DNA of 40,897 nucleotides from Vicinamibacteria bacterium. Lineage in GTDB: Bacteria; Acidobacteriota; Vicinamibacteria; Fen-336; JAGNNV01. Where the stretch lies: NCBI GenBank assembly GCA_039932395.1, contig JBDTQB010000003.1:1-40897 (forward strand), given 5' to 3'. The notes beneath the pieces are model-generated. The model was given only the letters and a program-made list of their open reading frames with translations, had not been told where the DNA came from and did no database searches. The position numbers and the translations under genes were made by a program. Below are positions 8,808 through 17,298 of the stretch, piece by piece. How positions within the stretch are numbered: position 1 is the stretch's first letter; each line of letters begins with the position of its first letter.

Positions 8808-9842
8808 TTAGAACTCGGAAAGAATCTTCGAGTACGGCTTGGTGATGGCGTCGAACCACGTTTGCGCCATGATCTGGTAGCCGACCTCCTGAGGGTGGAT
8901 GTGATCCCGGAAGAGAGCGTCACCGACCAGGCCCGACTTGATGAAAGCCGCGTTGAGGTCAACGAGCACGGCGCCTTCCTGATCGGCTACCTGGCGAACA
9001 TAGATGTTCTGTTTGGTGACCCACTCCTGACGTGTCTCAGGAACCCGGTCGTCGTAACCCACGTTGACCGGCGTGAGGGTCGCGAGGAGCGCGTGACCGC
9101 CATCGTGATTCACCTGCTGCACCATCGATCGGAGCGAGTCGGTGGTGAAACACGGCACGTCCTCCAGGCTGTCGCAGCGCTGGTCGTTCCAGTCGTTGAC
9201 GCCGTAGAAGATCAACGTGAACGCAGGATGCACGCGCGAGAGGCGGCCCCCGAGACGGTCGGCGCCTTTGTCCGAATTGGTGCCATCGATGCCTTCATCG
9301 ACCACGGTTCCGGAACCGAAGTGCGCGCGCAGCATTGACTGAAGGATGAGGCGATAACCGTTCCCGTCGCCGATATCCGGCTCACCGTTCGTGATGCTGT
9401 CACCGAAAGCCATGTAAACGTCCGGGCGATTGGAGGAGCCGAGCGGCAGCGTGATGGGAACCATGATGGTTGTCGAGGACGGCACGCTGATCGACGAGGT
9501 CGCCGGTGGACGGTAGAAAGGAGGCAAGGACGCCGCGGTGACGTCGAGGGTCTGTGTGCCTTCCGGGACCTGAAGGATCACCTGGCCGGTCAACGCCGCC
9601 GTTTGTCCTTTGACCCCGCCCGCCACGATTTCCGCGTTCGGGATGCGGGTGACTTCGTTTCCGTCGAGAACCTTGTTGCCGTTCTCGTCGAGAAAGGCCA
9701 CGAACGTGACGGAACGCGTGATGACAACCGGCGTTGGTCGGGGAGTCGGATTGCCTGAAGGACCCGAAATGCCACTGCCGCCGCAGGCTGGAAGGAGGAG
9801 GACGAAGGAAAGAAGGCCAGGGAGCGGGACGCGCTGTTTCAT
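8808..9842 (-). CDS. SGNH/GDSL hydrolase lipoprotein with an N-terminal SdrD-B-like domain
   Basis: Lipobox LPAC at residue 20, a Pro/Ser/Thr linker, FLDENGNKVLDGNE (SdrD-B/EF-hand-like), and SGNH blocks FGDSIT, GIDG, YGVND, DHIHP. Confidence 0.88.
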   Translation of the reverse strand: MKQRVPLPGLLSFVLLLPACGGSGISGPSGNPTPRPTPVVITRSVTFVAFLDENGNKVLDGNEVTRIPNAEIVAGGVKGQTAALTGQVILQVPEGTQTLDVTAASLPPFYRPPATSSISVPSSTTIMVPITLPLGSSNRPDVYMAFGDSITNGEPDIGDGNGYRLILQSMLRAHFGSGTVVDEGIDGTNSDKGADRLGGRLSRVHPAFTLIFYGVNDWNDQRCDSLEDVPCFTTDSLRSMVQQVNHDGGHALLATLTPVNVGYDDRVPETRQEWVTKQNIYVRQVADQEGAVLVDLNAAFIKSGLVGDALFRDHIHPQEVGYQIMAQTWFDAITKPYSKILSEF

Positions 9843-10035
9843 GAACGGTGGCGGATTCTAACGTGGACGTCCGCGCTCGAACCAGCGCAGCCGTGTTCAG
9901 TGGTGTTTGCCGAGGAAATCGCGCGGAGAGGCCCGTCCGAAAAAAGTGTGTCGCAGGTCGCAGCCGACAAACGCGTCTTTGGGCTAGAGTACGCGTTCCG
10001 CCGATTTTCCAAACCAACCGTCAAACTCACCAACC

Positions 10036-10413
10036 ATGGCGCTAAATCCATCAACTCAAGGGACACCGCGACCGACCACCACCGGTTCGACCAAGCGGCC
10101 CAATCGGCGGATCACTGCGCGCATCGCCTGCCGGCTCAGCGTTTCCTATGCGGCGACTCCCGGGGAATGGCGCCCGGCGACCGCCATGGACCTCTCTCGC
10201 CTCGGGTGTCGTTTGCGCACGGGTGAAGACCTCGCACGTGACAAAAAGGTCTACGTGCGCGTCGAGTTCCGCATGGCCGACGAGCCCGCTCTCACCGTCG
10301 ATGGTCTCGGCACCGTGATGTGGACGCGGCTCGAAGGGCTTTCGTACCAGACCGGCATTCAGTTCGATACTGAACCAGACGGTCTCGCTGACCTTCTAGG
10401 TATCGCGCGCTAA
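10036..10413 (+). CDS. Stand-alone PilZ domain protein (candidate c-di-GMP receptor)
   Basis: RxxxR (RITAR) and DxSxxG (DLSRLG) motifs, followed by GTVMW and TGIQF strands. Confidence 0.85.
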   Translation: MALNPSTQGTPRPTTTGSTKRPNRRITARIACRLSVSYAATPGEWRPATAMDLSRLGCRLRTGEDLARDKKVYVRVEFRMADEPALTVDGLGTVMWTRLEGLSYQTGIQFDTEPDGLADLLGIAR

Positions 10414-10426
10414 CTTCGCAGGCGTC

Positions 10427-10445
10427 CGGGGCGCTGTCCGCCCCG
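10427..10445. terminator. Possible hairpin/terminator between the convergent PilZ and porin genes
   Basis: CGGGGCG-ctgtc-CGCCCCG forms a 7-bp perfect stem, but there is no U-tract on either side. Confidence 0.3.
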
Positions 10446-10470
10446 TCCTGGTCAGTCCGCCTCCCAGCTC

Positions 10471-11607
10471 TTAGAAAACGCGGCGCGCTTCAATGCGGAG
10501 GCGGCGCACCCAGTTCGATCGCTCGGCCAGGTTCGCTGAGTCCTTGAACTGCTGAAGCTGACCGATCGCATGGATTGAGGTTTTGGCCGACTGCGCGACG
10601 CCAATGTCCACGCGATGGCCCAGCCATCCGGTTCCCCAGAAGAAGTCGTCGCCCGCGTAGGCCGCGACGGTGACGTCGCGATCGACCTTCGCGTAGGTGT
10701 ATTCGCCGCGAATCCGGGCGCTGGTCAGAGATCCAAGCACCAACGACGCCCAGATCCCGTTCTTCTGGTCGGGCGCTTTGCGATTGCGAGCCCCGTCCAC
10801 GACGACCTGGATCGGAAAGGGGGCGTCGGTGCGAAGGCGAAGCACGACATCCACCACCTCGTACCCACGCACCAGAGGTCCACCGCTGATGCGGGTGTTC
10901 TGCCGGCGGATCATCCGTTCGAGGTCTTCGAGCTTGTCGAACTTCATGTAGGTGCCGGACAGATCGACGCGCTTTCCCGATCCAAAGCCGAGGTCGAGCG
11001 ATGCGCCCGTGACGGTGACGCCCTTTCCGAGGCTCGATCCGTCCACTTTCTCCGAGTCGCCAAAGACGTGGCTGCCTCGTGAGTAGAGGGCGGACACGCG
11101 CGCGGTGGGTTCCCCGGTGGGTCCTTGATGGACGATCCACTCGCCGACTCCGCCCTGGACGCGAAGGTCCTTGTCCCAGATCATGTCGGTGGTGCGGAAC
11201 GGCATGGCCATACGGCCACCCGTCACCTTGATCGCGGAAGAAACGCTGAGGCCGAGATAGGCCAGGTCGAGACGGATGCTCCGTGAGTTGTAGTTGTCTC
11301 GGATCAGAGCGAGCGGGAGGGCTATGTCCTTGGGCTTGAGGTTGTTGTCTCGCGAGTAGTTGACGTCAACGCCGAGCCCCATGCGGAGGAGCTGGGTTTC
11401 GATCTCAAACCGCGGCCTGAGCTGGAAACGCGTGCGGTTCGCCGCGGTGACGTCGGGCGTCGTGAAGAAGTGGCTGTTCCATTCCTGTCGGATCAGGAAA
11501 TCGCCGGTGATGGGAGCCTGCTTCTGCTGCGCTTGCGCGGTGGATGCCACCATGAGAGCAGCGAACGTCAGGCCTGAGAGAACTCGAACGCCCGGTAGAT
11601 TCTTCAT
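10471..11607 (-). CDS. Outer-membrane beta-barrel, putative porin
   Basis: Signal peptide ending AQA, ITGDFLIRQE, NRTRFQLR, IRLDLAYL, TDMIWDKDLRVQG, alternating beta-strand pattern and C-terminal Phe. Confidence 0.8.
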   Translation of the reverse strand: MKNLPGVRVLSGLTFAALMVASTAQAQQKQAPITGDFLIRQEWNSHFFTTPDVTAANRTRFQLRPRFEIETQLLRMGLGVDVNYSRDNNLKPKDIALPLALIRDNYNSRSIRLDLAYLGLSVSSAIKVTGGRMAMPFRTTDMIWDKDLRVQGGVGEWIVHQGPTGEPTARVSALYSRGSHVFGDSEKVDGSSLGKGVTVTGASLDLGFGSGKRVDLSGTYMKFDKLEDLERMIRRQNTRISGGPLVRGYEVVDVVLRLRTDAPFPIQVVVDGARNRKAPDQKNGIWASLVLGSLTSARIRGEYTYAKVDRDVTVAAYAGDDFFWGTGWLGHRVDIGVAQSAKTSIHAIGQLQQFKDSANLAERSNWVRRLRIEARRVF

Positions 11608-11640
11608 CGAAGAAGAGTCTACCGGGGAACTCAGGTTGAC

Positions 11641-13281
11641 TTACCGCGAGCTGCGGCCGACGAACGGCTTTCGCTTCGCCGCGCCGAAACCACCCGCGCT
11701 GTCGCGGCGCGGACGGGAGTTCGAGACCTCGCCGCTCGACGCCTCGGCGCCTCGGAGCGCTTGTCGACTGTTCGTCGCCGCCGCTTGTGCGAAGCGGTCG
11801 CTGTCGGCCTTCGGACGAGGCGCCGGGCGCTCCGTGCGATCGATGCGGATGCCCGAGCCGATCACCTGCGCGCGCGCTGCTCCGCCGCGGTCATCACGAT
11901 GCTGACCGGCCGCAGGACGCTGCCCACCCTGGGCGCCCCGGTAGCCGGTCCCTGCACCGGAACTGGCACCGCGGCCCTGTTCCGACCGAGGGGCATAGCT
12001 GCCCTGTGCGCTGCGGCCTTGCTCAGACCGACCCGCGCTGCCGCCCTGCCCGCCGCGATTCGCACCGAATCGGGTGTAAGGCTTGGGGCTCGACGAACGT
12101 CCGCGGCCTCCGCCCTCTTCACGACGGAACTTCGCTGCTTCAGGCGCATTCGTTTTCTGCGCCGCGTAGTCGAAGTCGGGGAGCGTGATGCGCGGCATAC
12201 GGCTGCCGATGGCGCGCTCGATGGCGCGCAGAGCGCCTTCTTCCTCAGGCGAGACGAAAGCGAACGCGTCGCCCTGCGACTGATTCCGGCCGGTGCGGCC
12301 GACGCGATGGATGTAATCCTCGTGAGTCGGCGGGATGTCGAAGTTCACGACGTGGGACAAAGACTCGACGTCGATGCCGCGCGCCGCGATGTCGGTCGCG
12401 ACGAGGACGCTGAACTTGCCCTCCTTGAAGCGACGCAACGTTTCCGTGCGCTGTGACTGCGAGCGATCGCCGTGGATGCGTCCCGCATTGATGCCCATGC
12501 GAACCAGGAAGTCGGCGAGGCGGTTGGCGCGGGACTTGGTGCGCGTGAAAACGATGACGCTGCGGATGAGGCCGCGCTTCATCAGTTCGGTCAGAAGGAC
12601 CGGCTTCAGGTGCTGGGCCACCGGATACGCGGCCTGAGTGATCCCCGCCGCGGGTGCCGACTGCCGCTCCACGCTAATGCTGAATGGATCGTGCAGCATC
12701 TCGCGCGAGAGCTTGGCGATCTCGGTTGGCATGGTGGCCGAGAAGAACAGGGTCTGGCGCTTCGTAGGAAGGTACTTGAGGATGCGACGGATGTCGGGGA
12801 GGAATCCCATGTCCAGCATCCGGTCGGCTTCGTCCATGACCAGCACTTCGAGATTTTTGAAGTTCGCGTACGAACGGCTCATGTGATCGAGCAGGCGCCC
12901 GGGGGTCGCGACGATGATGTCAGTGCCGCGGCGGAGCGCGTGTTCCTGCGCGCCCATTCCAACGCCGCCGTAAATTGCCGCGCTGGAGATGTTGGTGTGC
13001 ACGGCGAGAGCATTGAGATGCTCATCGATCTGCGCCGCGAGTTCGCGCGTCGGCGTGAGGATGAGGGCGCGGATCATGCCCTTCGACTTTTCGAGGCGAT
13101 GAATGAGCGGAAGGCCGAAGGCGGCACTCTTGCCGCTGCCGGTCATGGCGCAGGCGAGAACGTCGCGTCCTTCGATCGCAGGCGGCATCGCCTGTTCCTG
13201 GATGGGGGTGGGGTTCTTGAAACCGAGTTCTTTGATTCCGCGGAGAAGTTCCGGCGAGAATCCGTATTTCATAAACGACAT
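11641..13281 (-). CDS. rhlE: DEAD-box ATP-dependent RNA helicase (RhlE-like) with a long Gly/Arg/Ser/Ala-rich disordered tail
   Basis: Start at ATG 13281 (MSFMKYGF). Motifs GFKNPTPIQ, AMTGSGKS, PTRELA, TPGRLLD, DEADRMLDMGF, SAT, HGD, ARGID and HRVGRTGR. The subfamily symbol is tentative. Confidence 0.93.
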   Translation of the reverse strand: MSFMKYGFSPELLRGIKELGFKNPTPIQEQAMPPAIEGRDVLACAMTGSGKSAAFGLPLIHRLEKSKGMIRALILTPTRELAAQIDEHLNALAVHTNISSAAIYGGVGMGAQEHALRRGTDIIVATPGRLLDHMSRSYANFKNLEVLVMDEADRMLDMGFLPDIRRILKYLPTKRQTLFFSATMPTEIAKLSREMLHDPFSISVERQSAPAAGITQAAYPVAQHLKPVLLTELMKRGLIRSVIVFTRTKSRANRLADFLVRMGINAGRIHGDRSQSQRTETLRRFKEGKFSVLVATDIAARGIDVESLSHVVNFDIPPTHEDYIHRVGRTGRNQSQGDAFAFVSPEEEGALRAIERAIGSRMPRITLPDFDYAAQKTNAPEAAKFRREEGGGRGRSSSPKPYTRFGANRGGQGGSAGRSEQGRSAQGSYAPRSEQGRGASSGAGTGYRGAQGGQRPAAGQHRDDRGGAARAQVIGSGIRIDRTERPAPRPKADSDRFAQAAATNSRQALRGAEASSGEVSNSRPRRDSAGGFGAAKRKPFVGRSSR

Positions 13282-13301
13282 AGATGTTCTGAAAGTCCTG
13301 A

Positions 13302-13420
13302 CTTTTTGAGGGCTCGCGCCCAGATAGTTTGTGGCCGCGAGCGGAAACGAATACGTCTCTATCGCCTCAAAAAGCGGCCTGACCGGCGGTTTCGCGATGA
13401 CGTCGCGGCGAAACCGGGTC
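13302..13420 (-). promoter_or_regulatory. Structured 5' leader of the DEAD-box helicase gene
   Basis: Perfect inverted repeats at 13302-13311/13365-13374 (10 bp), 13312-13318/13336-13342 (7 bp, nested) and 13387-13395/13408-13416 (9 bp, closed by GACC/GGTC). Confidence 0.5.
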
Positions 13421-13474
13421 GATGACAACTCTATTCTCTCATGCTGGCGCGGTTTGGCCTCTTGCGAATGGATT

Positions 13475-14155
13475 TCAGATCGGCGCGTCGTCCGCAGGCA
13501 GGAGGTCGATGAAGTTGAACCCGTCCTTCGCTACCGGCTGGCCCACGCGGACCTTGATCTCCGACGAGAACATCGGGCCGGCGTAACAGAAAGTATGAAA
13601 TTCGCCCTGTTCGCCGCAGGGGTCGACCTGCTCAGGAAGGTCCGCCAGCAACGACGCATCGAACTCGCGGCCGACAAACGCTGGGTCGAGCTGCCGTGGA
13701 TCGACGCAGGTCAACACGGCGCGTAAGCCGGCCGACTGCATCTGCTGGGCGAGCTTCTTCGTGTCGCCCGGCCCGCCCCAGATCGGGAAGAGTGGCGCGA
13801 TGCCGGTCCCTTCGAGCTGACGGATTCGGTAGTCGCGGACGTCTTCCAGGAACAGATCTCCGAACGCGACATGAGTGATGTCCTCACGCTTCGCCCGCTC
13901 AAGTACGTCCGTCATCAAGGCTTCGTACTGCTCGTTCGTACAGGGCCAAGGAAGGGGAACGGACCAGAGGGGAAGGTCGGTGGCCGCGGCCTGCGCGTTG
14001 ACCAGCGATCGACGCACCGCGTGCATGGCGACGCGATCGACGGAATCATTGAAGGTCGTGAGCAGGCCGACCACCTCCGCCTGCGGATCCTGACGCAGTT
14101 GGTGCAGCGTCCATGCGCTGTCCTTCCCTGAACTCCACGACAGCAGAATCTTCAT
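13475..14155 (-). CDS. PP-loop adenine nucleotide alpha hydrolase, diphthine-ammonia ligase (Dph6/DUF71)-like
   Basis: Start at ATG 14155. Motifs SWSSGKDS (PP-loop), RVAMHAV, FGDLFLED, FPIWG and DPCGEQGEFHTF. Confidence 0.9.
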   Translation of the reverse strand: MKILLSWSSGKDSAWTLHQLRQDPQAEVVGLLTTFNDSVDRVAMHAVRRSLVNAQAAATDLPLWSVPLPWPCTNEQYEALMTDVLERAKREDITHVAFGDLFLEDVRDYRIRQLEGTGIAPLFPIWGGPGDTKKLAQQMQSAGLRAVLTCVDPRQLDPAFVGREFDASLLADLPEQVDPCGEQGEFHTFCYAGPMFSSEIKVRVGQPVAKDGFNFIDLLPADDAPI

Positions 14156-14171
14156 GCCCGTGAACCGCGGC

Positions 14172-14804
14172 TCACTGAACCTTGTGGCCGCAATCTCCGC
14201 AGAATTTCGCCTTGGGCGCGAGCTTTGTCCCGCAGCCTTCGCAGAATCTCGCGGTTTCGATCTTGGTCCCGCATTCGGGACAGAACTTCTGGCCAAGGGT
14301 CGCCGCTCCGCACTTCGAACAAGGGGTTGCGACGACCGACTTCTTCGCGGCGAGCCTCGCCTCTTCCTCGGCCGAGATGTCGTTCGAGACCTGCGAGCCG
14401 ACGGCTGTGGCCCGAAGTGCCGTTTCTTCCTCTTCCGCGATGGGCGCGCAACCCTTGCACATCCCCGCGCGGCCGTTCCAGCACGTCTTCTCGCACAGCC
14501 AGTTGCCGCAGCGACGGCACTTCTTGAAGAGCGGCTTGATCTCGGTGACGGCGGTGGTCAGGGCCGAGTCATGCGACGCTCCGCCCACCGCGCGCTGAAC
14601 TTCGTACGCGCTGTCGGCCGCCTTGCCGAAGATGTCGCCCAGAAAGCCGCTGGCACTTCGCAGCAGCCCGCCCGCGGTGCCGAGCATGTTCCGATCGAAG
14701 GTCGACATGAATCCGTCGCCGCAGCGTTCGCAGAAGAACTTGAACTGGAAGCCGACGTCGGTCGAAAGATCCTGATAGTTCTGCGTGAATTCAATGGGCG
14801 GCAT
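14172..14804 (-). CDS. Multi-zinc-ribbon protein (16 Cys; C-terminal double zinc ribbon)
   Basis: CERC, CRRC, CEKTC, CKGC, CSKC, FCPECG, FCEGCG, FCGDCG. Confidence 0.85.
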   Translation of the reverse strand: MPPIEFTQNYQDLSTDVGFQFKFFCERCGDGFMSTFDRNMLGTAGGLLRSASGFLGDIFGKAADSAYEVQRAVGGASHDSALTTAVTEIKPLFKKCRRCGNWLCEKTCWNGRAGMCKGCAPIAEEEETALRATAVGSQVSNDISAEEEARLAAKKSVVATPCSKCGAATLGQKFCPECGTKIETARFCEGCGTKLAPKAKFCGDCGHKVQ

Positions 14805-14861
14805 GGGCGCGATCTTATGCCGCGCGGGACGGACGATCGCGTGCGCTCTCCGGCCGGAGGG

Positions 14862-16022
14862 TCATCGCTTCGCGGTGGTACTGCGCACGCGCTGTCCGTT
14901 GGTCAGGGCGCGCAACGTGGCGAGTGGCCCGAGCACGATTTCCGCTCCCTCGCTCACGCCGGTGAGTTCTGCGTCGAGGCCCGAGATCAAGCCGATCGTG
15001 GTTTTGGTGAACACGGCCAGACCGTCCCGGATCACGAAGACGCCGGTCTCGTCACGCCCGTCCACTTCGCGCGAGACTACCGCCTGAAGAGGCGCGGCCA
15101 GCACGCCCTTTTTCTGGGCGGTGAGAATCTCCGCGTCGCACGAGAGGCCGGGGCGCAAAGAGGAGTCGTTCCCGTCCAGGGAGATGACCACGCGGAACTC
15201 GCGGGCGGAGGCGCCTTGAGCCGTTGTCGGCGGAAGCGAAGACGCGCCGATTTCCGAAATCGCCCCGGCAAACTCGCGGCCTTGGAGGGCATCTAGCGTG
15301 ATGCTGGCGGTCTGGCCCAGCTGGAGTCGCAGCGCGTCTGCTTCCGCGACCTTGAGTTCTGCGTTCAGTCCGCCCGTTCCTACGATTCGCATCAGAGTGG
15401 TTCCGGGCTGATTCTGCAGGCCGATCACCACCATCTCTCCCTCGCGAACCTGAAGCCTCGTCACGATGCCGTCGATGGGTGCGACCACCAGAGTCTTCGC
15501 GAGGCCGTCCTGCACGCCACGCAATTGCGCCTGGGCCTGGCCGGTGCGGCTCTTGATCGCCGCGAGTTGCGCACGGGCCGCATCGAGAGCCGCCCGCGCG
15601 GTGTCGCCCTCGGCCTTGGGCAAGAGCCCCTGCTCCACCAGCGTTCTGTTCCGCTCGGCCGTGAGCGTTGCTTCGGTGAGGCGCGCCTCGGCCACCTTGA
15701 GGTCGTCCCCCAGGGCCTTGACCGCCGCCCGCGCCGCGTCGACCTCGGATTCGGCGCGCACCGGGTCGAGTCGGGCGAGGCCCTGACCCTCGCGCACCCG
15801 GTCGCCTTCCTTGACGTTGAGGCTAATCACGCGTCCCATGACGGAGGCTCCGATATCCGCGTAGCGCTTGGCCACGATCTCACCGGACGCGGTGACAAAG
15901 GACCTAAAGGACTCCCGACGGGCGACCAGGGTGGTGTCGACCGGCGTGTCTTTGGGGCGTCGCAGCATCACGAAAGCGCCGGCCCCGATGAGAAGGACGA
16001 GGATGATGAGCGCTTTTCGCAT
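14862..16022 (-). CDS. Efflux periplasmic adaptor (membrane fusion protein, MacA/HlyD-like)
   Basis: Start at ATG 16022 with an N-terminal anchor ALIILVLLIGAGAFVML. Lipoyl halves GRVISLNVKEGDRVREGQ and APIDGIVT flank a coiled-coil hairpin; LRPGLS follows. Confidence 0.92.
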   Translation of the reverse strand: MRKALIILVLLIGAGAFVMLRRPKDTPVDTTLVARRESFRSFVTASGEIVAKRYADIGASVMGRVISLNVKEGDRVREGQGLARLDPVRAESEVDAARAAVKALGDDLKVAEARLTEATLTAERNRTLVEQGLLPKAEGDTARAALDAARAQLAAIKSRTGQAQAQLRGVQDGLAKTLVVAPIDGIVTRLQVREGEMVVIGLQNQPGTTLMRIVGTGGLNAELKVAEADALRLQLGQTASITLDALQGREFAGAISEIGASSLPPTTAQGASAREFRVVISLDGNDSSLRPGLSCDAEILTAQKKGVLAAPLQAVVSREVDGRDETGVFVIRDGLAVFTKTTIGLISGLDAELTGVSEGAEIVLGPLATLRALTNGQRVRSTTAKR

Positions 16023-16048
16023 CTGTTCAAATACTATACAAGTCCACG

Positions 16049-17293
16049 GTGCTCGCGACACGTCTCCTGATTCGGGAATCTTTTTCCCAGGGCCTCTCAG
16101 TGGTTCGGGAGTATCGGCTGCGCTCGTCTCTGGGCGCCCTGGCCATGGCGTCGGCGGTGATCGCCCTCGCGGGGATCTCCACTGGCCTTGAAGCGCTCGA
16201 GTCGTTCGCCGCGCGCACGGCGGCGCGCAGCATCGGCAGCGATGTCTTCACGGTCACGAAAGTCGGGATGCGTGCGCGGCTCGGACGTCTGGAACTGGCG
16301 CGAAAGCTCGAAAGAAACGTGGCAATTTCGCGATCGGACACCCGCTTCCTGGACGAGTTCGGCGACGACGTGGTGACTTATGCACCCTCCGCGCAGCGGA
16401 TCGTCGACGTCACATCCGCGCGCGGCAAACTTGAATCGACCCCCGTGACGGGGACGACTTCGGCGTTCACGAAGATTCAGGAGATAGCGCTTGCCGAGGG
16501 ACGCTTCTTCTCGGAGGACGAGTCGCGCCGGGGCGAGCCGGTGGCGGTCCTTGGCGATGAAGTGGCGAGGAATTGTTTTCCCGGCGGCGGCGCACTGGGC
16601 GGAACCCTCCGGATCGCCGGTCGCGCCTTCAAGGTCATTGGAGTCCAGGAGGCGATGGGCCAATTGGGGGGGCAAAGCCAGGACCGCTACGTCTGGATCC
16701 CCCTGGGTGCATTTGAACGGGCGTTTGGTTCCCCTTCCAATCTTCAGGTCTTCGCGAAGGCGGTCCAGCCGGGCGAGAACGAAGACGCGGAGGATCGAGC
16801 ACGCACCAGTTTGCGCGCGAAGCGTCGGCTCTACCCGGCGCAGGAGGACACCTTCGATGTGGTGACGCCCGATGCCGCGCGGGGCTTTGTCGCGTCGCTC
16901 TCAAAGTCGGTTTCGTCGGCCGCCCTGCCCATCTCCCTGATGTCCCTGCTGGCCGCGTTCGTCGTGATCACGAACACCACACTCGTTTCCGTGGCGCAGA
17001 GAACCAGGGAGATCGGAATCCGGCGCGCTTTGGGAGCGCGGCGATCGAGTATCCGTGCGGAAGTTTTGGCGGAGTCCTTGATCGTCAGTTTCCTGGGGGC
17101 TCTGGCCGGGTTGCTTTTTGTGGCCCTGGCTGCGGCTTTCGTCACGCTCATCGTGAAAGTGCCGGTGTCGCTCGCGCCTCTGACCCTGGCCCGAAGCCTC
17201 GTTCTCGCCTCTATCGCCGGGCTCCTCTCGGGTGTCCTCCCCGCCCTCCGCGCGGCGCGCGCGGACGTGCTCACGTCCCTCAGGTCTGAGTAG
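16049..17293 (+). CDS. ABC transporter permease, MacB/FtsX family (no fused ATPase)
   Basis: RLRSSL then TM1, periplasmic core with EGRFF and FKVIGV, and SVAQRTREIGIRRALGARR followed by three TMs and PALRAAR. Confidence 0.9.
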   Translation: MLATRLLIRESFSQGLSVVREYRLRSSLGALAMASAVIALAGISTGLEALESFAARTAARSIGSDVFTVTKVGMRARLGRLELARKLERNVAISRSDTRFLDEFGDDVVTYAPSAQRIVDVTSARGKLESTPVTGTTSAFTKIQEIALAEGRFFSEDESRRGEPVAVLGDEVARNCFPGGGALGGTLRIAGRAFKVIGVQEAMGQLGGQSQDRYVWIPLGAFERAFGSPSNLQVFAKAVQPGENEDAEDRARTSLRAKRRLYPAQEDTFDVVTPDAARGFVASLSKSVSSAALPISLMSLLAAFVVITNTTLVSVAQRTREIGIRRALGARRSSIRAEVLAESLIVSFLGALAGLLFVALAAAFVTLIVKVPVSLAPLTLARSLVLASIAGLLSGVLPALRAARADVLTSLRSE

Positions 17294-17298
17294 CTTCT

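Noticed and set aside
8753-8962. 70-aa N-terminal extension of Lhr
   Set aside because: Overlaps the SGNH gene in another frame; Lhr-like sequence begins just after Met at 8752.
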